This document shows, one piece after another, positions 25,468-35,349 of a stretch of 64,000 bases of DNA (position 1 is its first letter; each line of letters begins with the position of its first letter). Origin of the DNA: an uncultured bacterium (GTDB lineage: Bacteria > Fermentibacterota > Fermentibacteria > Fermentibacterales > JCC-6); NCBI GenBank assembly GCA_964541235.1, contig CAZIPI010000014.1:666-64665 (forward strand), given 5' to 3'. The notes beneath the pieces were generated by a model that was given only the letters and a program-made list of their open reading frames with translations, searched no databases and had not been told where the DNA came from. The position numbers and the translations under genes were made by a program.

Positions 25468-27377
25468 CCCTCCTCCAGCACCTGCCTGATCTTGGCGGCA
25501 AGCTCCATGGTGCCGTAGGGTTTGGGGATGAAGTGAAGGCCCTTCTCGAGAACACCCTGCCGGGCGATGATCTCCTCGGAGTAGCCGGATGTGAAAAGCA
25601 CCTTCACGGCGGGCCTTCTCTTCTTCAGGGTTTCGGCCAGGGTGCGCCCCCCGATGACGGGCATGACCACATCCACAAGAAGCAGATGGATCTCCCCGCT
25701 GAAACCGTCGGACAGTTCCAGCGCCTGGGGGCCTCCGGCGGCCGAAAGCACGGAGTAGCCGAGTCCGGCCAGCGTCTTCTCGGAGATGCTTCTGACCATG
25801 TCGTCGTCTTCCACCAGAAGCACCGTTTCCGAACCCCCGCTGCCGGGCAGGGCCGGTGACGCTTCAGCGCCCTCCATCACGCACTCCGCCCTGGGAAGAA
25901 GAACACGGAAGACCGCCCCTTCCCCCGGCCTGCTCTCCACCAGCAGATGTCCCCGGTGCTGTCTGACGATGCCGAACACGGTGGACAGGCCCAGACCTGT
26001 TCCCTCGTTTGGCCCCTTGGTGGTGAAGAAGGGTTCGAACACCCTTTCAAGCGTTGCCTGGTCCATTCCGCAGCCGTCATCGGCCACGAACACCTCGGAG
26101 AACTCCCTGACCAGGTCCCCATCGTCTTCCTCCACCCTGTCCGCAGGAGGAGGGCATGAGGCCCTGGTCCCAATGGTGATGCTCCCTTCGGTGGATATGG
26201 CGTCCCTGGCGTTCACCACAAGGTTGATGACCACCTGCTCCAGCTGTCCGGGGTCCACGAGAACGCACTTGGCCTCTGGATCAAGCTTCCATACAAGGTT
26301 GATGTCCGGTCCGACTACCTTTCCGATCATGCGGTCCAGTTCCGCCAGGGTCCCGTTAAGGTCCACCGGCTTCGGCTCTATGATCTGCTTCCTGCTGAAG
26401 GCAAGGAGCTGCCTTGTGAGCCTGGCCGCCTTCTCGCCGGCCCTCAGGATGTCCTCAAGAGCGGGGGATATCTCCGGTGACCCGGGGGGGAGGCCGGCGG
26501 CCACCGATGCGTTGCCGATTATGGCCGTGAGCAGGTTGTTGAAATCGTGGGCCACCCCTCCCGCCAGCCGTCCCACGGTCTCCATCTTCTCGGAGTGCCT
26601 GAGCCTGGCTTCGAGATGGCCTTTTTCGAGGCTCAGCTCCTCTATCCTGGCCATCTCGTCCCTGAGTATCTGGTTGGAGCGTACCAGCTCCGCGGTCCGC
26701 TCGGCGATCCTGTTCTCAAGGCTCCTGTTCGACGCTGCCACAAGGGCCTTCTCGGCGGAGAGGCTCCACTGGAGCGCATACTGGTACCTGTGGGAACGCT
26801 CAAGCCTGCGGCAGGCCCCGATGCAGACCACGCTCATGCTCACGAAGAAGAAGCTGTTCAGCAGCCTGACGGGCGCGGGGGTATCGGTGAGGAAGTGGTT
26901 CACCAGGATGAAGCCCAGCAGGATCAGCAGCCATCCGGCGGCGGCCCAGACGAACCTGATCCCCATGAAGACCAGAAGGCTCACCATGACAAGAAGGAGG
27001 CCGGTCTGATAACCGGTCCTGACCAGCTGGTTCCCGGTGACTATCATGACCGTTATGCCCGCCGCTCCCAGAACCATCAGGAGCGTGGTGAGGGGCTGGT
27101 GATACCTCTCGAACCAGCCGGCCCCGGAGACCAGCAGGAACAGCACCACCAACGGCATTACCAGGGCGAACCTGATGAAGAGGAAGGTCCCCGCGCTGCC
27201 CGGGTCGATCCGGTGGTCGAGGATGGCGAACGAGGCGTACATCACGGCCAGTATCACGATGGAAACCCTTACGCGGTACAGGGAGTCGCGGAAGCTGTCC
27301 TTCCGGAACGGCTCCTCAAGCGCCTTCCACTGGCCGCAGAAGGCCAGAGTGAACGGGTGCAGCCTGACAGATCGCAT
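25464..27377 (-). CDS. Hybrid sensor histidine kinase (multi-TM sensor, HisKA, HATPase_c, receiver)
   Basis: H-box VAHDFNNLLTAI, G-boxes DDGCGM and GTGLGLS, and a receiver domain VLLVEDDDMVR...DVVMP. Confidence 0.85.
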   Translation of the reverse strand: MRSVRLHPFTLAFCGQWKALEEPFRKDSFRDSLYRVRVSIVILAVMYASFAILDHRIDPGSAGTFLFIRFALVMPLVVLFLLVSGAGWFERYHQPLTTLLMVLGAAGITVMIVTGNQLVRTGYQTGLLLVMVSLLVFMGIRFVWAAAGWLLILLGFILVNHFLTDTPAPVRLLNSFFFVSMSVVCIGACRRLERSHRYQYALQWSLSAEKALVAASNRSLENRIAERTAELVRSNQILRDEMARIEELSLEKGHLEARLRHSEKMETVGRLAGGVAHDFNNLLTAIIGNASVAAGLPPGSPEISPALEDILRAGEKAARLTRQLLAFSRKQIIEPKPVDLNGTLAELDRMIGKVVGPDINLVWKLDPEAKCVLVDPGQLEQVVINLVVNARDAISTEGSITIGTRASCPPPADRVEEDDGDLVREFSEVFVADDGCGMDQATLERVFEPFFTTKGPNEGTGLGLSTVFGIVRQHRGHLLVESRPGEGAVFRVLLPRAECVMEGAEASPALPGSGGSETVLLVEDDDMVRSISEKTLAGLGYSVLSAAGGPQALELSDGFSGEIHLLLVDVVMPVIGGRTLAETLKKRRPAVKVLFTSGYSEEIIARQGVLEKGLHFIPKPYGTMELAAKIRQVLEEG

Positions 27378-27715
27378 CAGCCGCCGGCGCCTGACCCTTC
27401 CATCTCCCTGGGGTGTGGTGTCTTCACCACCAGGAACGTGGCTCCCTCACCGTGCTCGTTGAGTATCCTCATGGGGGTTCCGTAGGCCACGGGAACAAGG
27501 TCGCCCGCTTCCGCCTGCATCGGAACACCGTCGAGGAACAGACTTATCTTCCCTTCCAGGATTATCAGGTGCACGTTGGAGTTCGCCTTGTGAAGCGGCA
27601 CCTCCTGCCCCGGAAGCAGCGCTATCTGCATCAGAAGAAGATGGCTCTCATCAACGACTGCCCTTCTTCCGAAGTTTTCCGTCGAGTACGGTGCGTCTGC
27701 GATGAGCCTGTTCAT
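27377..27715 (-). CDS. Cupin-domain protein
   Basis: VPLHKANSNVHLIILEGKISLFLDG is cupin-like. Its stop overlaps the kinase start. Confidence 0.6.
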   Translation of the reverse strand: MNRLIADAPYSTENFGRRAVVDESHLLLMQIALLPGQEVPLHKANSNVHLIILEGKISLFLDGVPMQAEAGDLVPVAYGTPMRILNEHGEGATFLVVKTPHPREMEGSGAGG

Positions 27716-28314
27716 TTCGCTCCGTCCCTGGTCAGATGGGGCACACCCCTTCCGCGCCTGAACGCTTCCATGTTGACTGCCAGTGCCTTTGGCGGCACCC
27801 TCTCCTCTATTGCCTTTTCCCAGCTTGCGGGGTCTATCCCGGGGATGAGCGTCGAAGCCGCTCCCAGCAGGGCCACGTTCACCACCTTGAAGTTGGACAG
27901 CTCCCTGGCTATGGCCAGCACCGGGACCTCGGTGCAGGGGATGCCCTTCTCAATCACCAGCCGGTCAACGTCGGGGTACTCCGCCGAACCGGTGTTCACC
28001 GTCATGGGGTTTATCCTGATGTCGGCGGAGACCAGCCTGCCCGAGGGGGAGAGGTAATGGGCCCATCGAAGGCCTTCCATCTTCTCCAGGGCAAGCACCA
28101 TGTCGGCTGTTCCCTGCTCCACCAGAACGCTGAACACCTTCTCGCCGAACCTGACGTGGCTCGAGACGCTCCCCCCCCGCTGGGCCATCCCGTGGACCTC
28201 GCTCTTCTTAACGTCGAACCCGCTGTTCCAGGCCGCCGCGCAGATGACCTCGCTGGCCAGCAGAATGCCCTGCCCGCCGGTTCCGCAAAGGATGATGTTT
28301 GTCGTTCCGCTCAT
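27712..28314 (-). CDS. iorB: Indolepyruvate:ferredoxin oxidoreductase beta subunit
   Basis: MSGTTNIILCGTGGQGILLAS. ATG 28314 overlaps the iorA stop (the ORF extension to 28392 is unlikely). Confidence 0.85.
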   Translation of the reverse strand: MSGTTNIILCGTGGQGILLASEVICAAAWNSGFDVKKSEVHGMAQRGGSVSSHVRFGEKVFSVLVEQGTADMVLALEKMEGLRWAHYLSPSGRLVSADIRINPMTVNTGSAEYPDVDRLVIEKGIPCTEVPVLAIARELSNFKVVNVALLGAASTLIPGIDPASWEKAIEERVPPKALAVNMEAFRRGRGVPHLTRDGAK

Positions 28315-30110
28315 CAGACCACCCCCTCCAGATCCTTGCTGAGGGCCCCCACCGGGCACACCTGAACGCACAGATTGCAGTTGGGCCAGCACTGCATCTC
28401 GCTGATGACCGGGACGTTCTTCTCCGCATCCCAGCTTATGGCGGGACAGCCCAGTCTAAGGCAGGCCTTGCAGTGGACGCACTTCCCGGGGTCGTGGACA
28501 GCAACGGTCTTGCGCAGCGGCCTGTATGCCATGATACAGGGCCGCCTGGTGATTATCACGCTGAGTTCCTGCGCCTCGGTCTCCTCCCTGAGAACCCTTT
28601 TCATCTCTTTCAGGTCGTGGGGGTCCACCACCCTGACCCTGTTCACACCGCAGGCCCTGACCATCTGCACAAGGTCCAGCGCCGGGGCGGGTTCACCCCT
28701 GAGGTTCTTCCCCGTCGAGGGGTTCTGCTGACCCCCGGTCATGGCGGTGAGGCTGTTGTCCATGATCATCACGGTACCCTTGTTGCCGTTGTACACCATG
28801 TCTATCAGCCCGGTGATGCCGGAATGTATGAAGGTGGATTCGCCGATGGCCGCCACCAGCCTGGGCATGCCTTCCCGGTCAAGCACCTTTTCGATCCCCG
28901 CCAGAACACCCACCGCTGCTCCCATGCAGACCGTTGTTTCCAGGGCGTTGTACGGCGGCATCAGACCCAGTGTGTAGCAGCCGATGTCTCCCGTGGAGCT
29001 GTACTTCATCCCTGCAAGGGTGTGGAAGGCGCCCCTGTGGGGGCATCCCGGACACAGGGACGGCGGTCTTCCGGGGAGTTCCGTCGCCTCGAAGGGGGAG
29101 GGCGTGACGGACTCGGGCTTCAGGGCTTTCCTCACCAGCTCAGGGTTCAGCTCGCCCTCGACGGGTATGAAGCTCTTTCCCTGTGCGTCGATGAGAAAGC
29201 GGCTCCTTATGCTCTCCTCCAGGTAGGGCTCCCCCTCCTCGACGATGATGACCCTGGAAACGAGACCGATGAACTCCTCTATGAGCTTCCAGGGGAGCGG
29301 GTTGGTGATCCCCAGCTTGAGGACGCTGGCGCCCGGGTACGTTTCGCGCACGTACTGGTAGGATATCCCGGAGGTTATGACCCCGATCGAGGCATCGTTG
29401 ATCTCCATGCGGTTGAGCGGGCTTTCCGCTCCCCACTCGGCAAGCCTCTCGAGCCTGTCCTCCACACGGCTGTGCATCCTGCGGGCGTTGGCGGGGATCG
29501 GGACCCTTTTCGCGATGTCCTTCACGTAGCCCTTGACCGGTACTTCCTCCCGGTCCGCGACTTTCACCAGGCTTTTCGAGTGGCAGACCCTGGTGGTAAC
29601 CCTGAGAAGAACAGGGGTGTCGAACTCCTCGCTGATACGGAAGGCCTCCCTGGTGAAGTCAAGCGCCTCCTGGCTGTCGGATGGCTCAAGCACCGCAAGC
29701 TTCGCCGCACGGCCCATGAGCCTGTTGTCCTGCTCGTTCTGGGACGAGTGCATGCCCGGATCGTCGGCGCTCACCACCACTATGCCCCCGGTGGCGCCTA
29801 TGTAGCTCAGGGTGAAGAGGGGATCCGCGGCGACATTGAGCCCCACGTGCTTCATGGCCGACAGCACCCTTGCCCCGGCAAAGCTGGCCCCGGCCACCAC
29901 TTCGAGGGCAACCTTTTCGTTCGGCGCCCACTGTGCGGTAATCTCGGGGTAGTGCTCCCCGATGGTTTCCAGTATCTCCGTCGAGGGAGTGCCGGGATAG
30001 GCCGAGGCAAAGTGCGCCCCGCTCTCCCACGCCCCCCGGGCGATAGCCTCGTTGCCGGACAGGAACAAGGTGCCCGATCTCTGCTGGTTCAGCGTCTTCC
30101 CCATTCTCAT
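28314..30110 (-). CDS. iorA: Indolepyruvate:ferredoxin oxidoreductase alpha subunit
   Basis: Full-length 2-oxoacid:Fd oxidoreductase/TPP architecture, with C-terminal CVHCKACLRLGCP and CNLCVQVCP clusters. Confidence 0.9.
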   Translation of the reverse strand: MRMGKTLNQQRSGTLFLSGNEAIARGAWESGAHFASAYPGTPSTEILETIGEHYPEITAQWAPNEKVALEVVAGASFAGARVLSAMKHVGLNVAADPLFTLSYIGATGGIVVVSADDPGMHSSQNEQDNRLMGRAAKLAVLEPSDSQEALDFTREAFRISEEFDTPVLLRVTTRVCHSKSLVKVADREEVPVKGYVKDIAKRVPIPANARRMHSRVEDRLERLAEWGAESPLNRMEINDASIGVITSGISYQYVRETYPGASVLKLGITNPLPWKLIEEFIGLVSRVIIVEEGEPYLEESIRSRFLIDAQGKSFIPVEGELNPELVRKALKPESVTPSPFEATELPGRPPSLCPGCPHRGAFHTLAGMKYSSTGDIGCYTLGLMPPYNALETTVCMGAAVGVLAGIEKVLDREGMPRLVAAIGESTFIHSGITGLIDMVYNGNKGTVMIMDNSLTAMTGGQQNPSTGKNLRGEPAPALDLVQMVRACGVNRVRVVDPHDLKEMKRVLREETEAQELSVIITRRPCIMAYRPLRKTVAVHDPGKCVHCKACLRLGCPAISWDAEKNVPVISEMQCWPNCNLCVQVCPVGALSKDLEGVV

Positions 30111-30119
30111 CCCTTCAAT

Positions 30120-31196
30120 TCAGATGTACTCCCGTTCGTCCTCCACACCGTTCAGAACCCGGAGAACGCCCCTGACAAGGGCCTCAAGCTCGGCTTCCCC
30201 GGGAAAGACCATCACAGGGGCGATGAAGGACAGGTACTCCCTCAACACCCCGGTCAGCCATTCGTTATGCGCCATGCCCCCGGTGACCACCACCGCGTCA
30301 ACCTTCCCGGCCAGGGCCGCAGCCATTGAACCGGCCTCCTTGGCCATCTGGTACGCCATGGCCCTGAGTACCAGGTCGGCTTCCGAATCCCCCGCGAGGG
30401 CCCTCTCCCTCACCGCAGGAAGATGCTCCTCTCCCAGGTAGGCGTACAGCCCCCCCTGCTTCAGGAACATGGTCTTCAGCTCCCCCTCGCCGTACTTCCC
30501 GCTGAAGCACAGCTTCAGCAGTCCCGTGAGGGGAAGGCCCCCGGTCCTGGTGCTGCTGAAGGGTCCGCCGTCGTTGGCGTTGTTGGTGTCTATCATCCTT
30601 CCCTTGCGCAGTGCGTTCACGCTGACGCCGCTGCCCAGGTGCATGACCACCAGGTTGAGCGAGGAGAGGGGCGCGCCAATCTCTTCCGCGGCCTTGTAGG
30701 CCACCATTCGGATGTTGAGGGCATGGCTGAGGCTGACCCGGGGAAGAAGGGGATGACCGCTGAACCGGGCCTCCTCAATGAGTTCGTCAACGCAGACCGG
30801 ATCCACGAAGTATGCGGGTATGCCGGTCTGCCCCGCTATGGACCAGGCGATGGGGGCACCGAGGTTGGAGGGGTGATCGGCCTGAAGTGTGGCGCCGTCC
30901 CTTATGTGGTCCAGCAGCCTCTCCGTGACCCTGTACGTTCCGCTGGAGAGCGGCTTGAACGTGCCCCCCCTGCCCACCACAGCAGTGAGTTCCTCCAGCC
31001 GGTGGCCCTTGCGCTCCAGTTCCTCGAGGATAAGGTCACGCCTGTACTCCAGCTGGCCGAAGGTGGACCCCAGCGCCGCAAGCTGGCCCGGATCGTGATG
31101 TACGTTCTCCTCGAAGACTGGAGCGGTCTCGCGGAAGAGGCCTATCTTCGTCGAGGTCCCTCCGGGATTGATGGCAAGTATCACCCTGTCAGCCAT
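30120..31196 (-). CDS. buk: Butyrate kinase (ASKHA family)
   Basis: MADRVILAINPGGTSTKIGLF. The family match runs end to end. Confidence 0.85.
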   Translation of the reverse strand: MADRVILAINPGGTSTKIGLFRETAPVFEENVHHDPGQLAALGSTFGQLEYRRDLILEELERKGHRLEELTAVVGRGGTFKPLSSGTYRVTERLLDHIRDGATLQADHPSNLGAPIAWSIAGQTGIPAYFVDPVCVDELIEEARFSGHPLLPRVSLSHALNIRMVAYKAAEEIGAPLSSLNLVVMHLGSGVSVNALRKGRMIDTNNANDGGPFSSTRTGGLPLTGLLKLCFSGKYGEGELKTMFLKQGGLYAYLGEEHLPAVRERALAGDSEADLVLRAMAYQMAKEAGSMAAALAGKVDAVVVTGGMAHNEWLTGVLREYLSFIAPVMVFPGEAELEALVRGVLRVLNGVEDEREYI

Positions 31197-32091
31197 TGCC
31201 GCCCTCCGAGACCACCACACCCAGGGCCAGGGAGTTGATCTTGGTGGAGGCCGAGTCTGAGCGGCTCAGCATCACCACCGGGGCCGCGGCCCCCGCTATG
31301 AGCCCTCCGACCTGGGCGCTGGTCATGTACATGAAGGCCTTTGCGAAGATGTTGCCGCTGGCAATGTCCGGTGTTACAAGCACGTTCGCCCTGCCGGCGA
31401 CCTGGCCGGTCATCCCCTTTACGGCGGCGGCTTCGGGGTCCATGGCGCCGTCAACGGCCATGGGGCCGTCAACGAACACCCCGGGTATGCCCCTTTCCGC
31501 TATGCCCTTCCAGAGAAGTGTCTCGGGCATCTTTTCGTTAGGGGTCTCTATGGCCGCCAGCAGTGCCGCCCGGATCTCCCGGGCGCCGAGCCTTTCCATA
31601 ACGAAGCCGGCGTTCCTCACTATCTCCACCGCCTCCGCTGCGTCGGGCCTGATGATCATGCCGCCGTCGGTGATGGCCACCAGCCTGTCCTGGCGCGGAA
31701 CATGGACGACCGCCACATGGCTCAGCAGCCCTCCGGACCTGAGCCCGACGTTCTCGTCCAGTACGGCCTTGAGGAATACCGATGTCTTGAGGAGCCCCTT
31801 CATCAGTACTGTGGCGCCGCCGCTGCTCACCAGCTGGACCGCCCGGAGCGCCGCCCGGGTTTCGTCGGCCTGGTCTTCCAGGGATATCTCCGGCGGGAGC
31901 TTCTCCCCCAGCTCGGTCAGCGAACGCTGGACCTGGCCCTCGGGGGCGATGATCACCGCTCCGGCCAGCCCCTCCCTGGCCGCGGTGATAAGCGCCTCGA
32001 GGGAGGCCGGGTCATGCCCCATCGGAACCGCGACAACGGCCCCGCTCCTCTGCCTGGCGGCTTCGCGGATGTCTTGAAAGTTCCTGAACAA
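31189..32091 (-). CDS. ptb: Phosphate butyryltransferase/phosphotransacylase
   Basis: PTA_PTB family pattern (...LMKGLLKT..., VVMLSRSDS). Confidence 0.85.
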   Translation of the reverse strand: MFRNFQDIREAARQRSGAVVAVPMGHDPASLEALITAAREGLAGAVIIAPEGQVQRSLTELGEKLPPEISLEDQADETRAALRAVQLVSSGGATVLMKGLLKTSVFLKAVLDENVGLRSGGLLSHVAVVHVPRQDRLVAITDGGMIIRPDAAEAVEIVRNAGFVMERLGAREIRAALLAAIETPNEKMPETLLWKGIAERGIPGVFVDGPMAVDGAMDPEAAAVKGMTGQVAGRANVLVTPDIASGNIFAKAFMYMTSAQVGGLIAGAAAPVVMLSRSDSASTKINSLALGVVVSEGGNG

Positions 32092-32131
32092 AGGCTCACC
32101 TCCCGGTGTTGGCTGGCACAGGGCAACAGAC

Positions 32132-32848
32132 TTGGAAAGCTATTATGATTCCCGTCTTCCGTTTGTGCAAAGCGAAGGGAGCCGTTTCTTGTCTCTGCGC
32201 CGCCTCTGGGATGATTGTTCCGCCGTGCTGTTTGACTTCGACGGGGTTCTGGCGGACAGCGAGCCTCTGTACAGGGAAACATGGAACCGGGTCATCCACC
32301 CCGCCGGGCCGATACCCGAGGAGGAGTACTTCCGGCGCTGGTCGTTCCTCGGGGAGGGTGAGCAGCACCTTTCCGAGATGGGGTTCGACCCGGACGAGAG
32401 GGCGGCCCTGCGCCAGTCACAGAAACGCATCTACGGCTCCCTCTGCGCCGGCGGCTCCGTTCCGCTCTTCCCGGAAACGGCCCCGCTGCTCGAGTGGGTT
32501 TCCTTCAGAAAGCCCTTCATCATAGCCTCGAACACGGAATCGGAACTTGTCAGTGCAGTCCTTCGCCACGGCGGCGTCGCGGAGGCGCCGGTAGTGGGGG
32601 GGGAGGGGCTGAGGCACAAGCCCCACCCGGATATATTCCTGGCGGCGGCCGGGCTTCTGGGGTTCCCGCCCGGGCGATGCCTGGTGGTCGAGGATGCCTG
32701 GAAGGGCATCGAGGCGGCCGGACGCGGGGGATTTCCCTCGCTCCTTGTGAGGAACAGGAACAACAGGGGTCTGGAGGCAAAGGCCTCCTTCGAGGCCTCT
32801 GGGCTTTCCGGGATCCTTGAGGCATGGAGGGGAGGGGAGAACCCGTGA
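32132..32848 (+). CDS. HAD-superfamily hydrolase (beta-phosphoglucomutase-like subfamily IA)
   Basis: DFDGVLADSE (DxD motif I) and VVEDAWKGIEAA (motif IV). Confidence 0.8.
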   Translation: MESYYDSRLPFVQSEGSRFLSLRRLWDDCSAVLFDFDGVLADSEPLYRETWNRVIHPAGPIPEEEYFRRWSFLGEGEQHLSEMGFDPDERAALRQSQKRIYGSLCAGGSVPLFPETAPLLEWVSFRKPFIIASNTESELVSAVLRHGGVAEAPVVGGEGLRHKPHPDIFLAAAGLLGFPPGRCLVVEDAWKGIEAAGRGGFPSLLVRNRNNRGLEAKASFEASGLSGILEAWRGGENP

Positions 32849-33420
32849 CCGGCGTCCTGGTGATGATAGATCCCTTCTGGGCGCCTCTTGTCATGACTGT
32901 GCTGGGGCTTGCGGCGGCTTTCCTGGGCCGCAGGCTCATCGGGCCGGTGCTGGCGCTTTCCGGGTTCGCCTTGGGCCTTGTGCACGGCGCGGGGATCGCT
33001 GCCGCAATAAGCAGCAGCGCCGGGTTCATCCGACTGGCACCCTGGATCTTCGCCGTGCTCTTCGCCGCACTTTCAGGCCTGCTGCTGAGGCTTGTTCTCT
33101 TCCTGTCAGGGGCTCTTCTCGCCGCAGCAGCGGTGGCCAGCGCCATGACTCCGCCTCCGCTCCTGGCGGTGGCCATTGCAGCGCTCCTGGGCGGGGGACT
33201 GGCGTGCGCCTACAGGAACGTTGTGTTCGCGCTTCTCACCGCGGCTTTCGGGAGCCTTCTTGCCTCTTCCGGGATCGTGAACCTGGCCGCGAACTTTTCA
33301 TTCCCCATAGGTGCAGCGGGGTACTTCATCATTCTCGCCGTGTTGTTCATAGCCGGGTTCGCCTTTCAGCTCAAGGGAAGAAAGCGTGAAGGATCCGGGA
33401 CGAAACGAAAACGGAGGTAA
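32824..33420 (+). CDS. Hypothetical multi-TM membrane protein
   Basis: About 5 hydrophobic helices rich in Ala, Leu and Gly. The probable start is GTG 32845, overlapping the HAD stop, after GGAGGGGAGGGGAG. Confidence 0.5.
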   Translation: MEGRGEPVTGVLVMIDPFWAPLVMTVLGLAAAFLGRRLIGPVLALSGFALGLVHGAGIAAAISSSAGFIRLAPWIFAVLFAALSGLLLRLVLFLSGALLAAAAVASAMTPPPLLAVAIAALLGGGLACAYRNVVFALLTAAFGSLLASSGIVNLAANFSFPIGAAGYFIILAVLFIAGFAFQLKGRKREGSGTKRKRR

Positions 33421-33426
33421 CCGCTT

Positions 33427-33930
33427 ATGAATCAGCGGCTTCACGATATCCTGTGGGTTGTACTGGTTCTGGGGATACTCAAGGGCCTCTTCGAGCTGAC
33501 CAAACTGCTGCTCAAGAGGTTCACCGCCCTCCTGTCGGCCAAGGGCCACCCCCTCAACCGTGATACGGCCATCCAATGGGGGATAGGGTTCCTTCTCTCG
33601 GGCCTTCTTCTGCTTCCGTTCTTCACCTCCGTGCTGGCCCTGTTCGACAACAGGCGGCTGGTGGGAGGCATGGCCCTTCACCTGGCTCTGGTGGCTGTGT
33701 CCATCATTCTTTTCAGCTTCGCGGAAGACCTGATCAGGATCTTCAACTCCTTTCCGCCGGGAAGGTCCGGCCTGCTCCCCGTGCGAAGCCATGTGAAGCG
33801 CATGCTCCCCTTCATCCTGGCTTTCTGGGCGGCTGGGGTGCTCCTGCTGAGCCCCATTTTCTACACCGCCCTTTCAATGCTCATCTGTGTCTTCTACCTC
33901 GCCGTTCTTCACGGCCGCAAGAAGAACTGA
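33427..33930 (+). CDS. Hypothetical multi-TM membrane protein
   Basis: ORF with about 4 hydrophobic helices. No recognisable motif. Confidence 0.5.
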   Translation: MNQRLHDILWVVLVLGILKGLFELTKLLLKRFTALLSAKGHPLNRDTAIQWGIGFLLSGLLLLPFFTSVLALFDNRRLVGGMALHLALVAVSIILFSFAEDLIRIFNSFPPGRSGLLPVRSHVKRMLPFILAFWAAGVLLLSPIFYTALSMLICVFYLAVLHGRKKN

Positions 33931-33934
33931 GGAC

Positions 33935-35122
33935 ATGGCCGGACGGGTCTCGATCCTTCACGTGATCACCAAGCTCGCCGTGGGCGGTTCCGGGATGAAC
34001 ACGCTCATAAGCTGCCGCGACATCGGCGCCCCTGATTTCGTGTCCGAGCTGGTCACAGGGCCAGAAAAGGCCGTTGAGGGGGACTACTTTGACCTGGCCC
34101 GGAAGTTCGGCATCACCACCATGACAGCGCCGCACCTCTTCCGCAGGATATCGCCGCTCAACGACCTTCTGGCCGTCGGTGAGCTGGCCGGGATCATCAG
34201 AAAGGGGCGCTATGCCATCGTTCACACCCACGGCAGCAAGGCCAGGTTCGTGGGAAGGCTTGCGGCCAGGCTTTCGGGATGCCGGCCCCGCGTGGTCCAG
34301 ACGTTCCACGGCTGGCCCTTCGACTTCAACATGAGCCTTCCTGTGCAGGCCGCCTGCACAGCCATGGAACGCATCGGCTTCGGTCTTGCGTGCGAGTCCG
34401 TGGCGGTGACCCCTGAGGATATTTTCAAGGGCGTCGCATGGGGGGTCGGAAAACCCGACGACTACACCGTGATAAGAAGCGGAGTGGAGTTCGGCCGCTT
34501 CAGGGACTTCCGGGGAACGAAGACCAGGGCCAGGGAGCTGCTGGGCGTTCCCGGGGAGGGACCGGTGGTGGGGACCGTGGCCCGGCTGGCGCCGGTGAAG
34601 GACCCCATGGTTTTCATCGGGGTCGCCGAGCTTGTGCTGGAACGCTTTCCGGGTTCAAGGTTCGTGATCGTGGGCGACGGCCCCATGCGTTACGAGGTGG
34701 AACGCCGCATTGCCGGGAGCGGCGCTTCCTCACGGATCATCCTGGCCGGGAACAGGAACGACGTCGAGCGGCTTCTTCCGGCGCTGGACGTGTTTCTGAT
34801 AACTTCCAGGAGCGAGGGGCTGCCCAGGGGCATGCTCGAGGCTTTGGCGGCGGGAGTGCCTGTTGTTTCAACCGACGTCGGTGGGGTCTGCGAGCTGCTT
34901 ACCGGCGAACGCAACGGTCTCATCCGCCCGGTTGGGGATGTGAAGGGGCTGGCGGACGCTGTATGCGGCATCCTTTCATCTCCGGAACTGCCCGGAAGGC
35001 TTCTGCGGAACGTGGACACCGACCTGGAACCCTTCTCGGCGGAGAAGATGGTCGCCGATCTGAAAGAACTGTACCTTTCCATGGCCTGCGGGCCGGCGCG
35101 CGGCCCGCAGGAAAACCACTGA
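33935..35122 (+). CDS. Glycosyltransferase family 4 (GT-B)
   Basis: MAGRVSILHVITKLAVGGSG and EGLPRGMLEALAAGVPVVSTDVGG (E(x7)E region). ATG 33935 follows GAGGA. Confidence 0.8.
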   Translation: MAGRVSILHVITKLAVGGSGMNTLISCRDIGAPDFVSELVTGPEKAVEGDYFDLARKFGITTMTAPHLFRRISPLNDLLAVGELAGIIRKGRYAIVHTHGSKARFVGRLAARLSGCRPRVVQTFHGWPFDFNMSLPVQAACTAMERIGFGLACESVAVTPEDIFKGVAWGVGKPDDYTVIRSGVEFGRFRDFRGTKTRARELLGVPGEGPVVGTVARLAPVKDPMVFIGVAELVLERFPGSRFVIVGDGPMRYEVERRIAGSGASSRIILAGNRNDVERLLPALDVFLITSRSEGLPRGMLEALAAGVPVVSTDVGGVCELLTGERNGLIRPVGDVKGLADAVCGILSSPELPGRLLRNVDTDLEPFSAEKMVADLKELYLSMACGPARGPQENH

Positions 35123-35128
35123 CACCCG

Positions 35129-35296
35129 TCAGGGGGCCTCTATGGCCTCCACCGGACAGACGGCGGCGCAGGCTCCGCAGTCGATGCAGGTAGCCGGGTC
35201 GATGGAGTACTTGTCTCCCTCGGATATGGCGTCAACGGGGCATTCGCTCATGCAGGCGCCACAGGCGATGCATGCGTCGGTGATCTTGTAGGCCAT
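35129..35296 (-). CDS. fdx: Clostridial-type 2x[4Fe-4S] ferredoxin (55 aa, cytoplasmic, no signal peptide)
   Basis: MAYKITDACIACGACMSECP...CIDCGACAAVCP. Confidence 0.85.
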   Translation of the reverse strand: MAYKITDACIACGACMSECPVDAISEGDKYSIDPATCIDCGACAAVCPVEAIEAP

Positions 35297-35349
35297 ACGA
35301 AACCTCCTGGTTGAGAACGCTGAATACGATATGACAACCCGAACCCATG

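Noticed and set aside
28299-30329. 676-aa plus-strand ORF
   Set aside because: It is antisense to iorA, whose protein match is unambiguous. This is a shadow ORF.
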